Part shown: positions 44,701 through 59,740 of the stretch, in pieces
How the letters are laid out: each line of letters begins with the position of its first letter
Numbering within the stretch: position 1 is the stretch's first letter
Assembly (NCBI GenBank): GCA_964016885.1
Contig: OZ024741.1
Span: forward strand, 405,108,001 to 405,172,000
Reading direction: 5' to 3'
DNA length: 64,000 nucleotides
DNA from: Eledone cirrhosa
Taxonomy: Eukaryota
Notes under the pieces: model-generated
What the model was told of the DNA's origin: nothing
What the model saw: only the letters and a program-made list of their open reading frames with translations
The model's database searches: none
Translations under genes and position numbers: made by a program

Positions 44701-47340
44701 CAACCTTCACAACTATTTTATAATAAATTTTTACAGATTTTCACAACTATTTTATGATTAATTGTGACAACCTTCACAACTATTTTATAATGAATTGTGA
44801 CAACCTTCACAAACTATTTTATAATTAATCTTTACAGATTTTCACAACTATTTTATAATTAATTGTGACAACCTTCACAACTATTTTATAATGAATTGTG
44901 ACAACCTTCACAACTATTTTATAATTAATTTTTACAGCATTTCACAACTATTTTATAATTAATTGTGACAACCTTCACAACTATTTTATAATTAATTGTG
45001 ACAACCTTCACAACTATTTTATAATTAATTGTTACAGATTTACACAACTATTTTATAATTAATTGTGACAACCTTCACAACTATTTTATAATGAATTGTG
45101 ACAACCTTCACAACTATTTTATAATTAATTTTTACAGCTTTTCACAACTATTTTATAATTAATTGTGACAACCTTCACAACTATTTTATAATTAATTGTG
45201 ACAACCTTCACAACTACTTTAGAATTAATTTTTACAGCTTTTCACAACTATTTTATAATTAATTGTGACAACCTTCACAACTATTTTATAATTAATTTTT
45301 ACAGCTTTTCACAACTATTTTATAATGAATTGTGACAAACTTCACAACTATTTTATAATGAATTTTTACAGCTTTTCACAACTATTTTATAATTAATTGT
45401 GACAACCTTCACAACTATTTTATAATTAATTTTTTCAGCTTTTCACAACTATTTTATAATGAACTGTGACAACCTTCACAACTATTTTATAATTAATTTT
45501 TACAGCTTTTCACAACTATTTTATAATTAATTGTGACAACCTTCACAACTATTTTATAATGAATTGTGACAACCTTCACAACTATTTTATAATGAATTGT
45601 GACAACCTTCGCAACTATTTTATAATGAATTGTGACAACCTTCACAACTATTTTATATAAATTGTGACAACATTCACAACTATTTTATAATTAATTTTTT
45701 CAGATTTTCACAACTATTTTATAATGAATTGTGACAACCTTCACAACTATTTTATAATGAATTGTGACAACCTTCACAACTATTTTATAATGAATTGTGA
45801 CAACATTCACAACTATTTTATAATTAATTGTGACAACCTTCACAACTACTTTATAATTAATTTTTACAGCTTTTCACAACTATTTTATAATTAATTGTGA
45901 CAACCTTCACAACTATTTTATAATTAATTGTGACAACCTTCACAACTATTTTATAATTAATTTTTAAAGATTTTCAAAACTATTTTATAATTAATTGTGA
46001 CAACCTTCACAACTATTTTATAATTAATTGTGACAACCTTCACAACTATGTTATAATTAATTTTTACAGCTTTTCACAACTATTTTATAATTAATTGTGA
46101 CAACCTTCACAACTATTTTATAATTAATTTTTACAGCATTTCACAACTATTTTATAATGAATTGTGACAACCTTCACAACTATTTTATAATTAATTTTTA
46201 CAGCTTTTCACAACTATTTGATAATTAATTGTGACAACCTTCACAACTATTTTATAATTAATTTTTTCAGCTTTTCACAACTATTTTATAATGAACTGTG
46301 ACAACCTTCACAAATATTTTATAATGAATTGTGTCAACCTTCACAACTATTTTATAATGAATTGTGACAACCTTCACAAATATTTTATAATTAATTTTTA
46401 CAGCTTTTCACAACTATTTTATAATTAATTGTGACAACCTTCACAACTATTTTATAATTAATTGTGACAACCTTCACAACTATTTTATAATTAATTTTTA
46501 CAGCTTTTCACAACTATTTTATAATGAACTGTGACAACCTTCACAAACTATTTTATAATTAATTTTTACAGATTTTCACAACTATTTTATAATTAATTGT
46601 GACAACCTTCACAACTATTTTATAATGAATTATGACAACATTCACAACTATTTTATAATTAATTTTTACAGCTTTTCACAACTATTTTATAATTAATTGT
46701 GACAACCTTCACAACTATTTTATAATTAATTGTGACAACCTTCACAACTATTTTATAATTAATTTTTACAGATTTTCACAACTATTTTATAATTAATTGT
46801 GACAACCTTCACAACTATTTTATAATGAATTGTGACAACCTTCACAACTATTTTATAATTAATTTTTACAGCTTTTCACAACTATTTTATAATTAATTGT
46901 GACAACCTTCACAACTATTTTATAATTAATTGTGACAACCTTCACAACTATTTTATAATTAATTTTTACAGATTTTCACAACTATTTTATAATTAATTGT
47001 GACAACCTTCACAACTATTTTATAATGAATTGTGACAACCTTCACAACTATTTTATAATTAATTTTTACAGCTTTTCACAACTATTTTATAATTAATTGT
47101 GACAACCTTCACAACTATTTTATAATTAATTGTGACAACCTTCACAACTATTTTATAATTAATTTTTACAGCTTTTCACAACTATTTTATAATTAATTGT
47201 GACAACCTTCACAACTATTTTATAATTAATTTTTACAGCTTTTCACAACTATTTTATAATGAATTGTGACAAACTTCACAACTATTTTATAATGAATTTT
47301 TACAGATTTTCACAACTATTTTATAATTAATTGTGACAAC
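11137..47340. repeat. Central homogeneous domain with a variable-length higher-order repeat
   Basis: The marker gttacagatttacac occurs at 12455, 15524, 17461, 18794, 21797, 23734, 24836, 25739, 27709, 28878, 30681, 32551, 35155, 36556, 37957, 38726, 40596, 41997 and 45031, with recurring spacings of 1937, 1870 and 1401. Few singleton variants. Confidence 0.85.
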
Positions 47341-50300
47341 CTTCACAACTATTATATAATTAATTTTTTCAGCTTTTCATAACTATTTTATAATGAACTG
47401 TGACAACCTTCATAACTATTTTATAATTAATTTTTACAGCTTTTCACAACTATTTTATAATTAATTGTGACAACCTTCACAACTATTTTATAATGAATTG
47501 TGACAACCTTCACAACTATTTTATAATGAATTGTGACAACCTTCACAAGTATTTTATAATGAATTGTGACAACCTTCACAACTATTTTATAATGAATTGT
47601 GACAAACTTCACAACTATTTTATAATTAATTTTTACAGCTTTTCACAACTATTTCATAATTAATTGTGACAACCTTCACAACTATTTTATAATTAATTTT
47701 TTCAGCTTTTCACAACTATTTTATAATGAACTGTGACAACCTTCACAACTATTTTATAATGAATTGTGACAACCTTCACAACTATTTTATAATGAATTGT
47801 GACAACCTTCACAACTATTTTATAATTAATTTTTACAGCTTTTCACAACTATTTTATAATTAATTGTGACAACCTTCACAACTATTTTATAATTAATTTT
47901 TACAGAATTTCACAACTATTTTATAATTAATTGTGACAACCTTCACAACTATCTTATAATGAATTGTGACAACCTTCACAAACTATTTTATAATTAATTT
48001 TTACAGATTTTCACAACTATTTTATAATTAATTGTGACAACCTTCACAACTATTTTATAATGAATTGTGACAACCTTCACCACTATTTTATAATTAATTT
48101 TTACAGCTTTTCACAACTATTTTATAATTAATTGTGACAACCTTCACAACTATTTTATAATTAATTGTGACAACCTTCACAACTATTTTATAATTAATTT
48201 TTACAGATTTTCACAACTCTTTTATAATTAATTGTGACAACCTTCACAACTATTTTATAATGAATTGTGACAACCTTCACAACTATTTTATAATTAATTT
48301 TTACAGCTTTTCACAACTATTTTATAATTAATTGTGACAACCTTCACAACTATTTTATAATTAATTGTGACAACCTTCACAACTATTTTATAATTAATTT
48401 TTACAGCTTTTCACAACTATTTTATAATTAATTGTGACAAACTTCACAACTATTTTATAATTAATTTTTACAGCTTTTCACAACCATTTTATAATTAATT
48501 GTGACAACCTTCACAACTATTTTATAATTAATTTTTTCAGCTTTTCACAACTATTTTATAATGAACTGTGACAACCTTCACAACTATTTTATAATTAATT
48601 TTTACAGCTTTTCACAACTATTTTATAATTAATTGTGACAACCTTCACAACTATTTTATAATTAATTGTGACAACCTTCACAACTATTTTATAATTAATT
48701 TTTACAGATTTTCACAACTATTTTATAATTAATTGTGACAACCTTCACAACTATTTTATAATGAATTGTGACAACCTTCACAACTATTTTATAATTAATT
48801 TTTACAGATTTTCACAACTATTTTATAATTAATTGTGACAACCTTCACAACTATTTTATAATGAATTGTGACAACCTTCACAACTATTTTTTAATGAATT
48901 GTGACAACCTTCACAATTATTTTATAATGAATTGTGACAACCTTCACAACTATTTTATAATGAATTGTGACAACCTTCACAACTATTTTATAATTAATTT
49001 TTACAGCTTTTCACAACTATTTTATAATTAATTGTGACAACCTTCACAACTATTTTATAATTAATTTTTTCAGCTTTTCATAACTATTTTATAATTAATT
49101 GTGACAACCTTCACAACTATTTTATAATTAATTTTTACAGCTTTTCACAACTATTTAATAATTAATTGTGACAACCTTCACAACTATTTTATAATTAATT
49201 TTTTCAGGTTTTCACAACTATTTTATAATTAATTGTGACAACCTTCACAACTATTTTATAATTAATTTTTTCAGCTTTTCACAACTATTTTATAATGAAC
49301 TGTGACAACCTTCACAACTATTTTATAATTAATTTTTACAGCTTTTCACAACTATTTTATAATTAATTGTGACAACCTTCACAACTATTTTATAATGAAT
49401 TGTGACAACCTTCACAACTATTTTATAATTAATTGTGACAACCTTCGCAACTATTTTATAATGAATTGTGACAACCTTCACAACTATTTTATAATGAATT
49501 GTGACAACATTCACAACTATTTTATAATTAATTTTTTCAGATTTTCACAACTATTTTATAATGAATTGTGACAACCTTCACAACTATTTTATAATGAATT
49601 GTGACAAACTTCACAACTATTTTATAATGAATTGTGACAACATTCACAACTATTTTATAATTAATTGTGACAACCTTCACAACTATTTTATAATTAATTG
49701 TGACAACCTTCACAACTATTTTATAATTAATTTTTAAAGATTTTCAAAACTATTTTATAATTAATTGTGACAACCTTCACAACTATTTTATAATTAATTG
49801 TGACAACCTTCACAACTATTTTATAATTAATTTTTACAGCATTTCACAACTATTTTATAATGAATTGTGACAACATTCACAACTATTTTATAATTAATTT
49901 TTACAGCTTTTCACAACTATTTTATAATTAATTGTGACGACCTTCACAACTATTTTATAATTAATTTTTTCAGCTTTTCACAACTATTTTATAATGAACT
50001 GTGACAACCTTCACAAATATTTTATAATGAATTGTGTCAACCTTCACAAACTATTTTATAATTAATTTTTACAGATTTTCACAACTATTTTATAATTAAT
50101 TGTGACAACCTTCACAACTATTTTATAATGAATTATGACAACATTCACAACTATTTTATAATTAATTTTTACAGCTTTTCACAACTATTTTATAATTAAT
50201 TGTGACAACCTTCACAACTATTTTATAATTAATTGTGACAACCTTCACAACTATTTTATAATGAATTGTGACAACCTTCACAACTATTTTATAATTAATT

Positions 50301-53300
50301 TTTACAGCTTTTCACAACTATTTTATAATTAATTGTGACAACCTTCACAACTATTTTATAATTAATTGTGACAACCTTCACAACTATTTTATAATTAATT
50401 TTTACAGATTTTCACAACTATTTTATAATTAATTGTGACAACCTTCACAACTATTTTATAATGAATTATGACAACCTTCACAACTATTTTATAATTAATT
50501 TTTACAGCTTTTCACAACTATTTTATAATTAATTGTGACAACCTTCACAACTATTTTATAATTAATTGTGACAACCTTCACAACTATTTTATAATTAATT
50601 TTTACAGCTTTTCACAACTATTTTATAATGAATTGTGACAAACTTCACAACTATTTTATAATGAATTTTTACAGCTTTTCACAACTATTTTATAATTAAT
50701 TGTGACAACCTTCACAACTATTTTATAATTAATTTTTTCAGCTTTTCATAACTATTTTATAATGAACTGTGACAACCTTCACAACTATTTTATAATTAAT
50801 TTTTACAGCTTTTCACAACTATTTTATAATTAATTGTGACAACCTTCACAACTATTTTATAATGAATTGTGACAACCTTCACAACTATTTTATAATGAAT
50901 TGTGACAACCTTCACAAGTATTTTATAATGAATTGTGACAACCTTCACAACTATTTTATAATGAATTGTGACAACATTCACAACTATTTTATAATTAATT
51001 TTTTCAGCTTTTCACAACTATTTTATAATGAATTGTGACAACCTTCACAACTATTTTATAATGAATTGTGACAACCTTCACAACTATTTTATAATTAATT
51101 GTGACAACCTTCACAACTACTTTATAATTAATTTTTACAGCTTTTCACAACTATTTTATAATTAATTGTGACAACCTTCACAACTATTTTATAATCAATT
51201 GTGACAACCTTCACAACTATTTTATAATTAATTTTTAAAGATTTTCACAACTATTTTATAATTAATTGTGACAACCTTCACAACTATTTTATAATCAATT
51301 GTGACAACCTTCACAACTATTTTATAATTAATTTTTACAGCTTTTCACAACTATTTTATAATTAATTGTGACAACCTTCACAACTATTTTATAATTAATT
51401 TTTACAGCATTTCACAACTATTTTATAATGAATTGTGACAAACTTCACAACTATTTTATAATTAATTTTTACAGCTTTTCACAACTATTTTATAATTAAT
51501 TGTGACAACCTTCACAACTATTTTATAATTAATTTTTTCAGCTTTTCACAACTATTTTATAATGAACTGTGACAACCTTCACAACTATTTTATAATGAAT
51601 TGTGACAACCTTCACAACTATTTTATAATGAATTGTGACAACCTTCACAACTATTTTATAATTAATTTTTACAGCTTTTCACAACTATTTTATAATTAAT
51701 TGTGACAACCTTCACAACTATTTTATAATTAATTGTGACAACCTTCACAACTATTTTATAATTAATTTTTACAGAATTTCACAACTATTTTATAATTAAT
51801 TGTGATAACCTTCACAACTATCTTATAATGAATTGTGACAACCTTCACAAACTATTTTATAATTAATTTTTACAGATTTTCACAACTATTTTATAATTAA
51901 TTGTGACAACCTTCACAACTATTTTATAATGAATTGTGACAACCTTCACAACTATTTTATAATTAATTTTTACAGCTTTTCACAACTATTTTATAATTAA
52001 TTGTGACAACCTTCACAACTATTTTATAATTAATTGTGACAACCTTCACAACTATTTTATAATTAATTTTTACAGATTTTCACAACTCTTTTATAATTAA
52101 TTGTGACAACCTTCACAACTATTTTATAATGAATTGTGACAACCTTCACAACTATTTTATAATTAATTTTTACAGCTTTTCACAACTATTTTATAATTAA
52201 TTGTGACAACTTTCACAACTATTTTATAATTAATTGTGACAACCTTCACAACTATTTTATAATTAATTTTTACAGCTTTTCAAAACTATTTTATAATTAA
52301 TTGTGACAACCTTCACAACTATTTTATAATTAATTGTGACAACCTTCACAACTATTTTATAATTAATTTTTACAGATTTTCACAACTCTTTTATAATTAA
52401 TTGTGACAACCTTCACAACTATTTTATAATGAATTGTGACAACCTTCACAACTATTTTATAATTAATTTTTACAGCTTTTCACAACCATTTTATAATTAA
52501 TTGTGACAACCTTCACAACTATTTTATAATTAATTTTTTCAGCTTTTCACAACTATTTTATAATGAACTGTGACAACCTTCACAACTATTTTATAATTAA
52601 TTTTTACAGCTTTTCACAACTATTTTATAATTAATTGTGACAACCTTCACAACTATTTTATAATTAATTGTGACAACCTTCACAACTATTTTATAATTAA
52701 TTTTTACAGATTTTCACAACTATTTTATAATTAATTGTGACAACCTTCACAACTATTTTATAATTAATTTTTTCAGATTTTCACAACTATTTTATAATTA
52801 ATTGTGACAACCTTCACAACTATTTTATAATGAATTGTGACAACCTTCACAACTATTTTTTAATGAATTGTGACAACCTTCACAATTATTTCATAATGAA
52901 TTGTGACAACCTTCACAACTATTTTATAATGAATTGTGACAACCTTCACAACTATTTTATAATTAATTTTTACAGCTTTTCACAACTATTTTATAATGAA
53001 TTGTGACAAACTTCACAACTATTTTATAATTAATTTTTTCAGCTTTTCATAACTATTTTATAATTAATTGTGACAACCTTCACAACTATTTTATAATTAA
53101 TTTTTACAGCTTTTCACAACTATTTAATAATTAATTGTGACAACCTTCACAACTATTTTATAATTAATTTTTTCAGGTTTTCACAACTATTTTATAATTA
53201 ATTGTGACAACCTTCACAACTATTTTATAATGAATTGTGACAACCTTCACAACTATTTTATAATTAATTTTTACAGATTTTCACAACTATTTTATAATTA

Positions 53301-54899
53301 ATTGTGACAACCTTCACAACTATTTTATAATGAATTGTGACAACCTTCACAACTATTTTTTAATGAATTGTGACAACCTTCACAATTATTTTATAATGAA
53401 TTGTGACAACCTTCACAACTATTTTATAATTAATTTTTACAGATTTTCACAACTATTTTATAATTAATTGTGACAACCTTCACAACTATTTTATAATGAA
53501 TTTTTACAGCTTTTCACAACTATTTTATAATTAATTGTGACAACCTTCACAACTATTTTATAATTAATTTTTTCAGCTTTTCACAACTATTTTATAATGA
53601 ACTGTGACAACCTTCACAAATATTTTATAATGAATTGTGTCAACCTTAACAACTATTTTATAATGAATTGTGACAACCTTCACAACTATTTTATAATTAA
53701 TTTTTACAGCTTTTCACAACTATTTTATAATTAATTGTGACAACCTTCACAACTATTTTATAATTAATTGTGACAACCTTCACAACTATTTTATAATTAA
53801 TTTTTACAGATTTTCACAACTATTTTATAATTAATTGTGACAACCTTCACAACTATTTTATAATGAATTGTGACAACCTTCACAACTATTTTATAATTAA
53901 TTTTTACAGCTTTTCACAACTATTTTATAATGAATTGTGACAACCTTCACAAACTATTTTATAATTAATTTTTACAGATTTTCACAACTATTTTATAATT
54001 AATTGTGACAACCTTCACAACTATTTTATAATGAATTATGACAACATTCACAACTATTTTATAATTAATTTTTACAGCTTTTCACAACTATTTTATAATT
54101 AATTGTGACAACCTTCACAACTATTTTATAATTAATTGTGACAACCTTCACAACTATTTTATAATTAATTTTTACAGATTTTCACAACTATTTTATAATT
54201 AATTGTGACAACCTTCACAACTATTTTATAATGAATTGTGACAACCTTCACAACTATTTTATAATTAATTTTTACAGCTTTTCACAACTATTTTATAATT
54301 AATTGTGACAACCTTCACAACTATTTTATAATTAATTGTGACAACCTTCACAACTATTTTATAATTAATTTTTACAGATTTTCACAACTATTTTATAATT
54401 AATTGTGACAACCTTCACAACTATTTTATAATGAATTGTGACAACCTTCACAACTATTTTATAATTAATTTTTACAGCTTTTCACAACTATTTTATAATT
54501 AATTGTGACAAACTTCACAACTATTTTATAATTAATTGTGACAACCTTCACAGCTATTTTATTTTATAATTAATTTTTACAGCTTTTCACAACTATTTTA
54601 TAATGAATTGTGACAAACTTCACAACTATTTTATAATGAATTTTTACAGCTTTTCACAACTATTTTATAATTAATTGTGACAACCTTCACAACTATTTTA
54701 TAATTAATTTTTTCAGCTTTTCATAACTATTTTATAATGAACTGTGACAACCTTCACAACTATTTTATAATTAATTTTTACAGCTTTTCACAACTATTTT
54801 ATAATTAATTGTGACAACCTTCACAACTATTTTATAATGAATTGTGACAACCTTCACAACTATTTTATAATGAATTGTGAGAACCTTCACAACTATTTT

Positions 54900-57300
54900 A
54901 TAATTAATTTTTACAGATTTTCACAACTATTTTATAATTAATTGTGACAACCTTCACAACTATTTTATAATGAATTGTGACAACCTTCACAACTATTTTT
55001 TAATGAATTGTGACAACCTTCACAATTATTTTATAATGAATTGTGACAACCTTCACAACTATTTTATAATGAATTGTGACAACCTTCACAACTATTTTAT
55101 AATTAATTTTTACAGCTTTTCACAACTATTTTATAATTAATTGTGACAACCTTCACAACTATTTTATAATTAATTTTTTCAGTTTTTCATAACTATTTTA
55201 TAATTAATTGTGACAACCTTCACAACTATTTTATAATTAATTTTTACAGCTTTTCACAACTATTTAATAATTAATTGTGACAACCTTCACAACTATTTTA
55301 TAATTAATTTTTTCAGGTTTTCACAACTATTTTATAATTAATTGTGACAACCTTCACAACTATTTTATAATGAATTGTGACAACCTTCACAACTATTTTA
55401 TAATTAATTTTTACAGATTTTCACACCTATTTTATAATTAATTGTGACAACCTTCACAACTATTTTATAATGAATTGTGACAACCTTCACAACTATTTTT
55501 TAATGAATTGTGACAACCTTCACAATTATTTTATAATGAATTGTGACAACCTTCACAACTATTTTATAATTAATTTTTACAGATTTTCACAACTATTTTA
55601 TAATTAATTGTGACAACCTTCACAACTATTTTATAATGAATTGTGACAACCTTCACAACTATTTTATAATTAATTTTTACAGATTTTCACACCTATTTTA
55701 TAATTAATTGTGACAACCTTCACAACTATTTTATAATTAATTTTTACAGATTTTCACACCTATTTTATAATTAATTGTGACAACCTTCACAACTATTTTA
55801 TAATGAATTGTGACAACCTTCACAACTATGTTTTAATGAATTGTGACAACCTTCACAATTATTTTATAATGAATTGTGACAACCTTCACAACTATTTTAT
55901 AATTAATTTTTACAGATTTTCACAACTATTTTATAATTAATTGTGACAACCTTCACAACTATTTTATAATGAATTGTGACAACCTTCACAACTATTTTTT
56001 AATGAATTGTGACAACCTTCACAATTATTTTATAATGAATTGTGACAACCTTCACAACTATTTTATAATGAATTGTGACAACCTTCACAACTATTTTATA
56101 ATTAATTTTTACAGCTTTTCACAACTATTTTATAATTAATTGTGACAACCTTCACAACTATTTTATAATTAATTTTTTCAGTTTTTCATAACTATTTTAT
56201 AATTAATTGTGACAACCTTCACAACTATTTTATAATTAATTTTTACAGCTTTTCACAACTATTTAATAATTAATTGTGACAACCTTCACAACTATTTTAT
56301 AATTAATTTTTTCAGGTTTTCACAACTATTTTATAATTAATTGTGACAACCTTCACAACTATTTTATAATGAATTGTGACAACCTTCACAACTATTTTAT
56401 AATTAATTTTTACAGATTTTCACACCTATTTTATAATTAATTGTGACAACCTTCACAACTATTTTATAATGAATTGTGACAACCTTCACAACTATTTTTT
56501 AATGAATTGTGACAACCTTCACAATTATTTTATAATGAATTGTGACAACCTTCACAACTATTTTATAATTAATTTTTACAGATTTTCACAACTATTTTAT
56601 AATTAATTGTGACAACCTTCACAACTATTTTATAATGAATTGTGACAACCTTCACAACTATTTTATAATTAATTTTTACAGATTTTCACACCTATTTTAT
56701 AATTAATTGTGACAACCTTCACAACTATTTTATAATTAATTTTTACAGATTTTCACACCTATTTTATAATTAATTGTGACAACCTTCACAACTATTTTAT
56801 AATGAATTGTGACAACCTTCACAACTATTTTTTAATGAATTGTGACAACCTTCACAATTATTTTATAATGAATTGTGACAACCTTCACAACTATTTTATA
56901 ATTAATTTTTACAGATTTTCACAACTATTTTATAATTAATTGTGACAACCTTCACAACTATTTTATAATGAATTGTGACAACCTTCACAACTATTTTATA
57001 ATTAATTTTTACAGATTTTCACACCTATTTTATAATTAATTGTGACAACCTTCACAACTATTTTATAATTAATTTTTACAGATTTTCACACCTATTTTAT
57101 AATTAATTGTGACAACCTTCACAACTATTTTATAATGAATTGTGACAACCTTCACAACTATTTTTTAATGAATTGTGACAACCTTCACAATTATTTTATA
57201 ATGAATTGTGACAACCTTCACAACTATTTTATAATTAATTTTTACAGATTTTCACAACTATTTTATAATTAATTGTGACAACCTTCACAACTATTTTATA
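54900..57300. repeat. 999-bp tandem duplication followed by a 333-bp tandem duplication
   Basis: agtttttcat at 55181/56180 and cacacct at 55422/56421 give offset 999. The cacacct pair starting at 56687 recurs at 57020, offset 333. Confidence 0.8.
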
Positions 57301-58379
57301 ATTAATTGTGACAACCTTCACAACTATTTTATAATTAATTGTGACAACCTTCACAACTATTTTATAATTAATTTTTACAGATTTTCACAACTATTTTATA
57401 ATTAATTGTGACAACCTTCACAAATATTTTATAATGAATTGTGTCAACCTTCACAACTATTTTATAATGAATTGTGACAACCTTCACAACTATTTTATAA
57501 TTAATTTTTACAGCTTTTCACAACTATTTTATAATTAATTGTGACAACCTTCACAACTATTTTATAATTAATTGTGACAACCTTCACAACTATTTTATAA
57601 TTAATTTTTACAGCTTTTCACAACTATTTTATAATTAATTGTGACAACCTTCACAACTATTTTATAATTAATTGTGACAACCTTCACAACTATTTTATAA
57701 TTAATTTTTACAGATTTTCACAACTATTTTATAATTAATTGTGACAACCTTCACAACTATTTTATAATGAATTGTGACAACCTTCACAACTATTTTATAA
57801 TTAATTGTGACAACCTTCACAACTATTTTATAATTAATTTTTACAGATTTTCACAACTATTTTATAATGAATTGTGACAACCTTCACAACTATTTTATAA
57901 TTAATTTTTACAGCTTTTCACAACTATTTTATAATTAATTGTGACAACCTTCACAACTATTTTATAATTAATTGTGACAACCTTCACAACTATTTTATAA
58001 TTAATTTTTACAGCTTTTCACAACTATTTTATAATGAATTGTGACAACCTTCACAACTATTTTATAATGAATTGTGACAACCTTCACAACTATTTTATAA
58101 TGAATTGTGACAACCTTCACAACTATTTTATAATTAATTGTGACAACCTTCACAACTACTTTATAATTAATTTTTACAGCTTTTCACAACTATTTTATAA
58201 TTAATTGTGACAACCTTCACAACTATTTTATAATCAATTGTGACAACCTTCACAACTATTTTATAATTAATTTTTAAAGATTTTCACAACTATTTTATAA
58301 TTAATTGTGACAACCTTCACAATTATTTTATAATCAATTGTGACAACCTTCACAACTATTTTATAATTAATTTTTACAG

Positions 58380-59740
58380 CTTTTCACAACTATTTTATAA
58401 TGAACTGTGACAACCTTCACAACTATTTTATAATGAATTGTGACAACCTTCACAACTATTTTATAATGAATTGTGACAACCTTCACAACTATTTTATAAT
58501 TAATTTTTACAGCTTTTCACAACTATTTTATAATTAATTGTGACAACCTTCACAACTATTTTATAATTTATTGTGACAACCTTCACAACTATTTTATAAT
58601 TAATTTTTACAGAATTTCACAACTATTTTATAATTAATTGTGACAACCTTCACAACTATCTTATACTGAATTGTGACAACCTTCACAAACTATTTTATAA
58701 TTAATTTTTACAGATTTTCACAACTATTTTATAATTAATTGTGACAACCTTCACAACTATTTTATAATTAATTTTTACAGATTTTCACAACTATTTTATA
58801 ATTAATTGTGACAACCTTCACAACTATTTTATAATGAATTGTGACAACCTTCACAACTATTTTATAATTAATTTTTACAGCTTTTCACAACTATTTTATA
58901 ATTAATTGTGACAACCTTCACAACTATTTTATAATTAATTGTGACAACCTTCACAACTATTTTATAATTAATTTTTACAGGTTTTCACAACTATTTTATA
59001 ATGAATTGTGACAAACTTCACAACTATTTTATAATTAATTTTTACAGCTTTTCACAACTATTTTATAATTAATTGTGACAACCTTCACAACTATTTTATA
59101 ATTAATTTTTTCAGCTTTTCACAACTATTTTATAATGAACTGTGACAACCTTCACAACTATTTTATAATGAATTGTGACAACCTTCACAACTATTTTATA
59201 ATTAATTTTTACAGCTTTTCACAACTATTTTATAATTAATTGTGACAACCTTCACAACTATTTTATAATTTATTGTGACAACCTTCACAACTATTTTATA
59301 ATTAATTTTTACAGAATTTCACAACTATTTTATAATTAATTGTGACAACCTTCACAACTATCTTATACTGAATTGTGACAACCTTCACAAACTATTTTAT
59401 AATTAATTTTTACAGATTTTCACAACTATTTTATAATTAATTGTGACAACCTTCACAACTATTTTATAATTAATTTTTACAGATTTTCACAACTATTTTA
59501 TAATTAATTGTGACAACCTTCACAACTATTTTATAATGAATTGTGACAACCTTCACAACTATTTTATAATTAATTTTTACAGCTTTTCACAACTATTTTA
59601 TAATTAATTGTGACAACCTTCACAACTATTTTATAATTAATTGTGACAACCTTCACAACTATTTTATAATTAATTTTTACAGGTTTTCACAACTATTTTA
59701 TAATGAATTGTGACAAACTTCACAACTATTTTATAATGAA
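58380..59740. repeat. Tandem duplication with a 702-bp offset
   Basis: tatcttatactg (variant c at 58660/59362), aatttattgtg and tacaggtttt all recur at offset 702. Confidence 0.8.
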
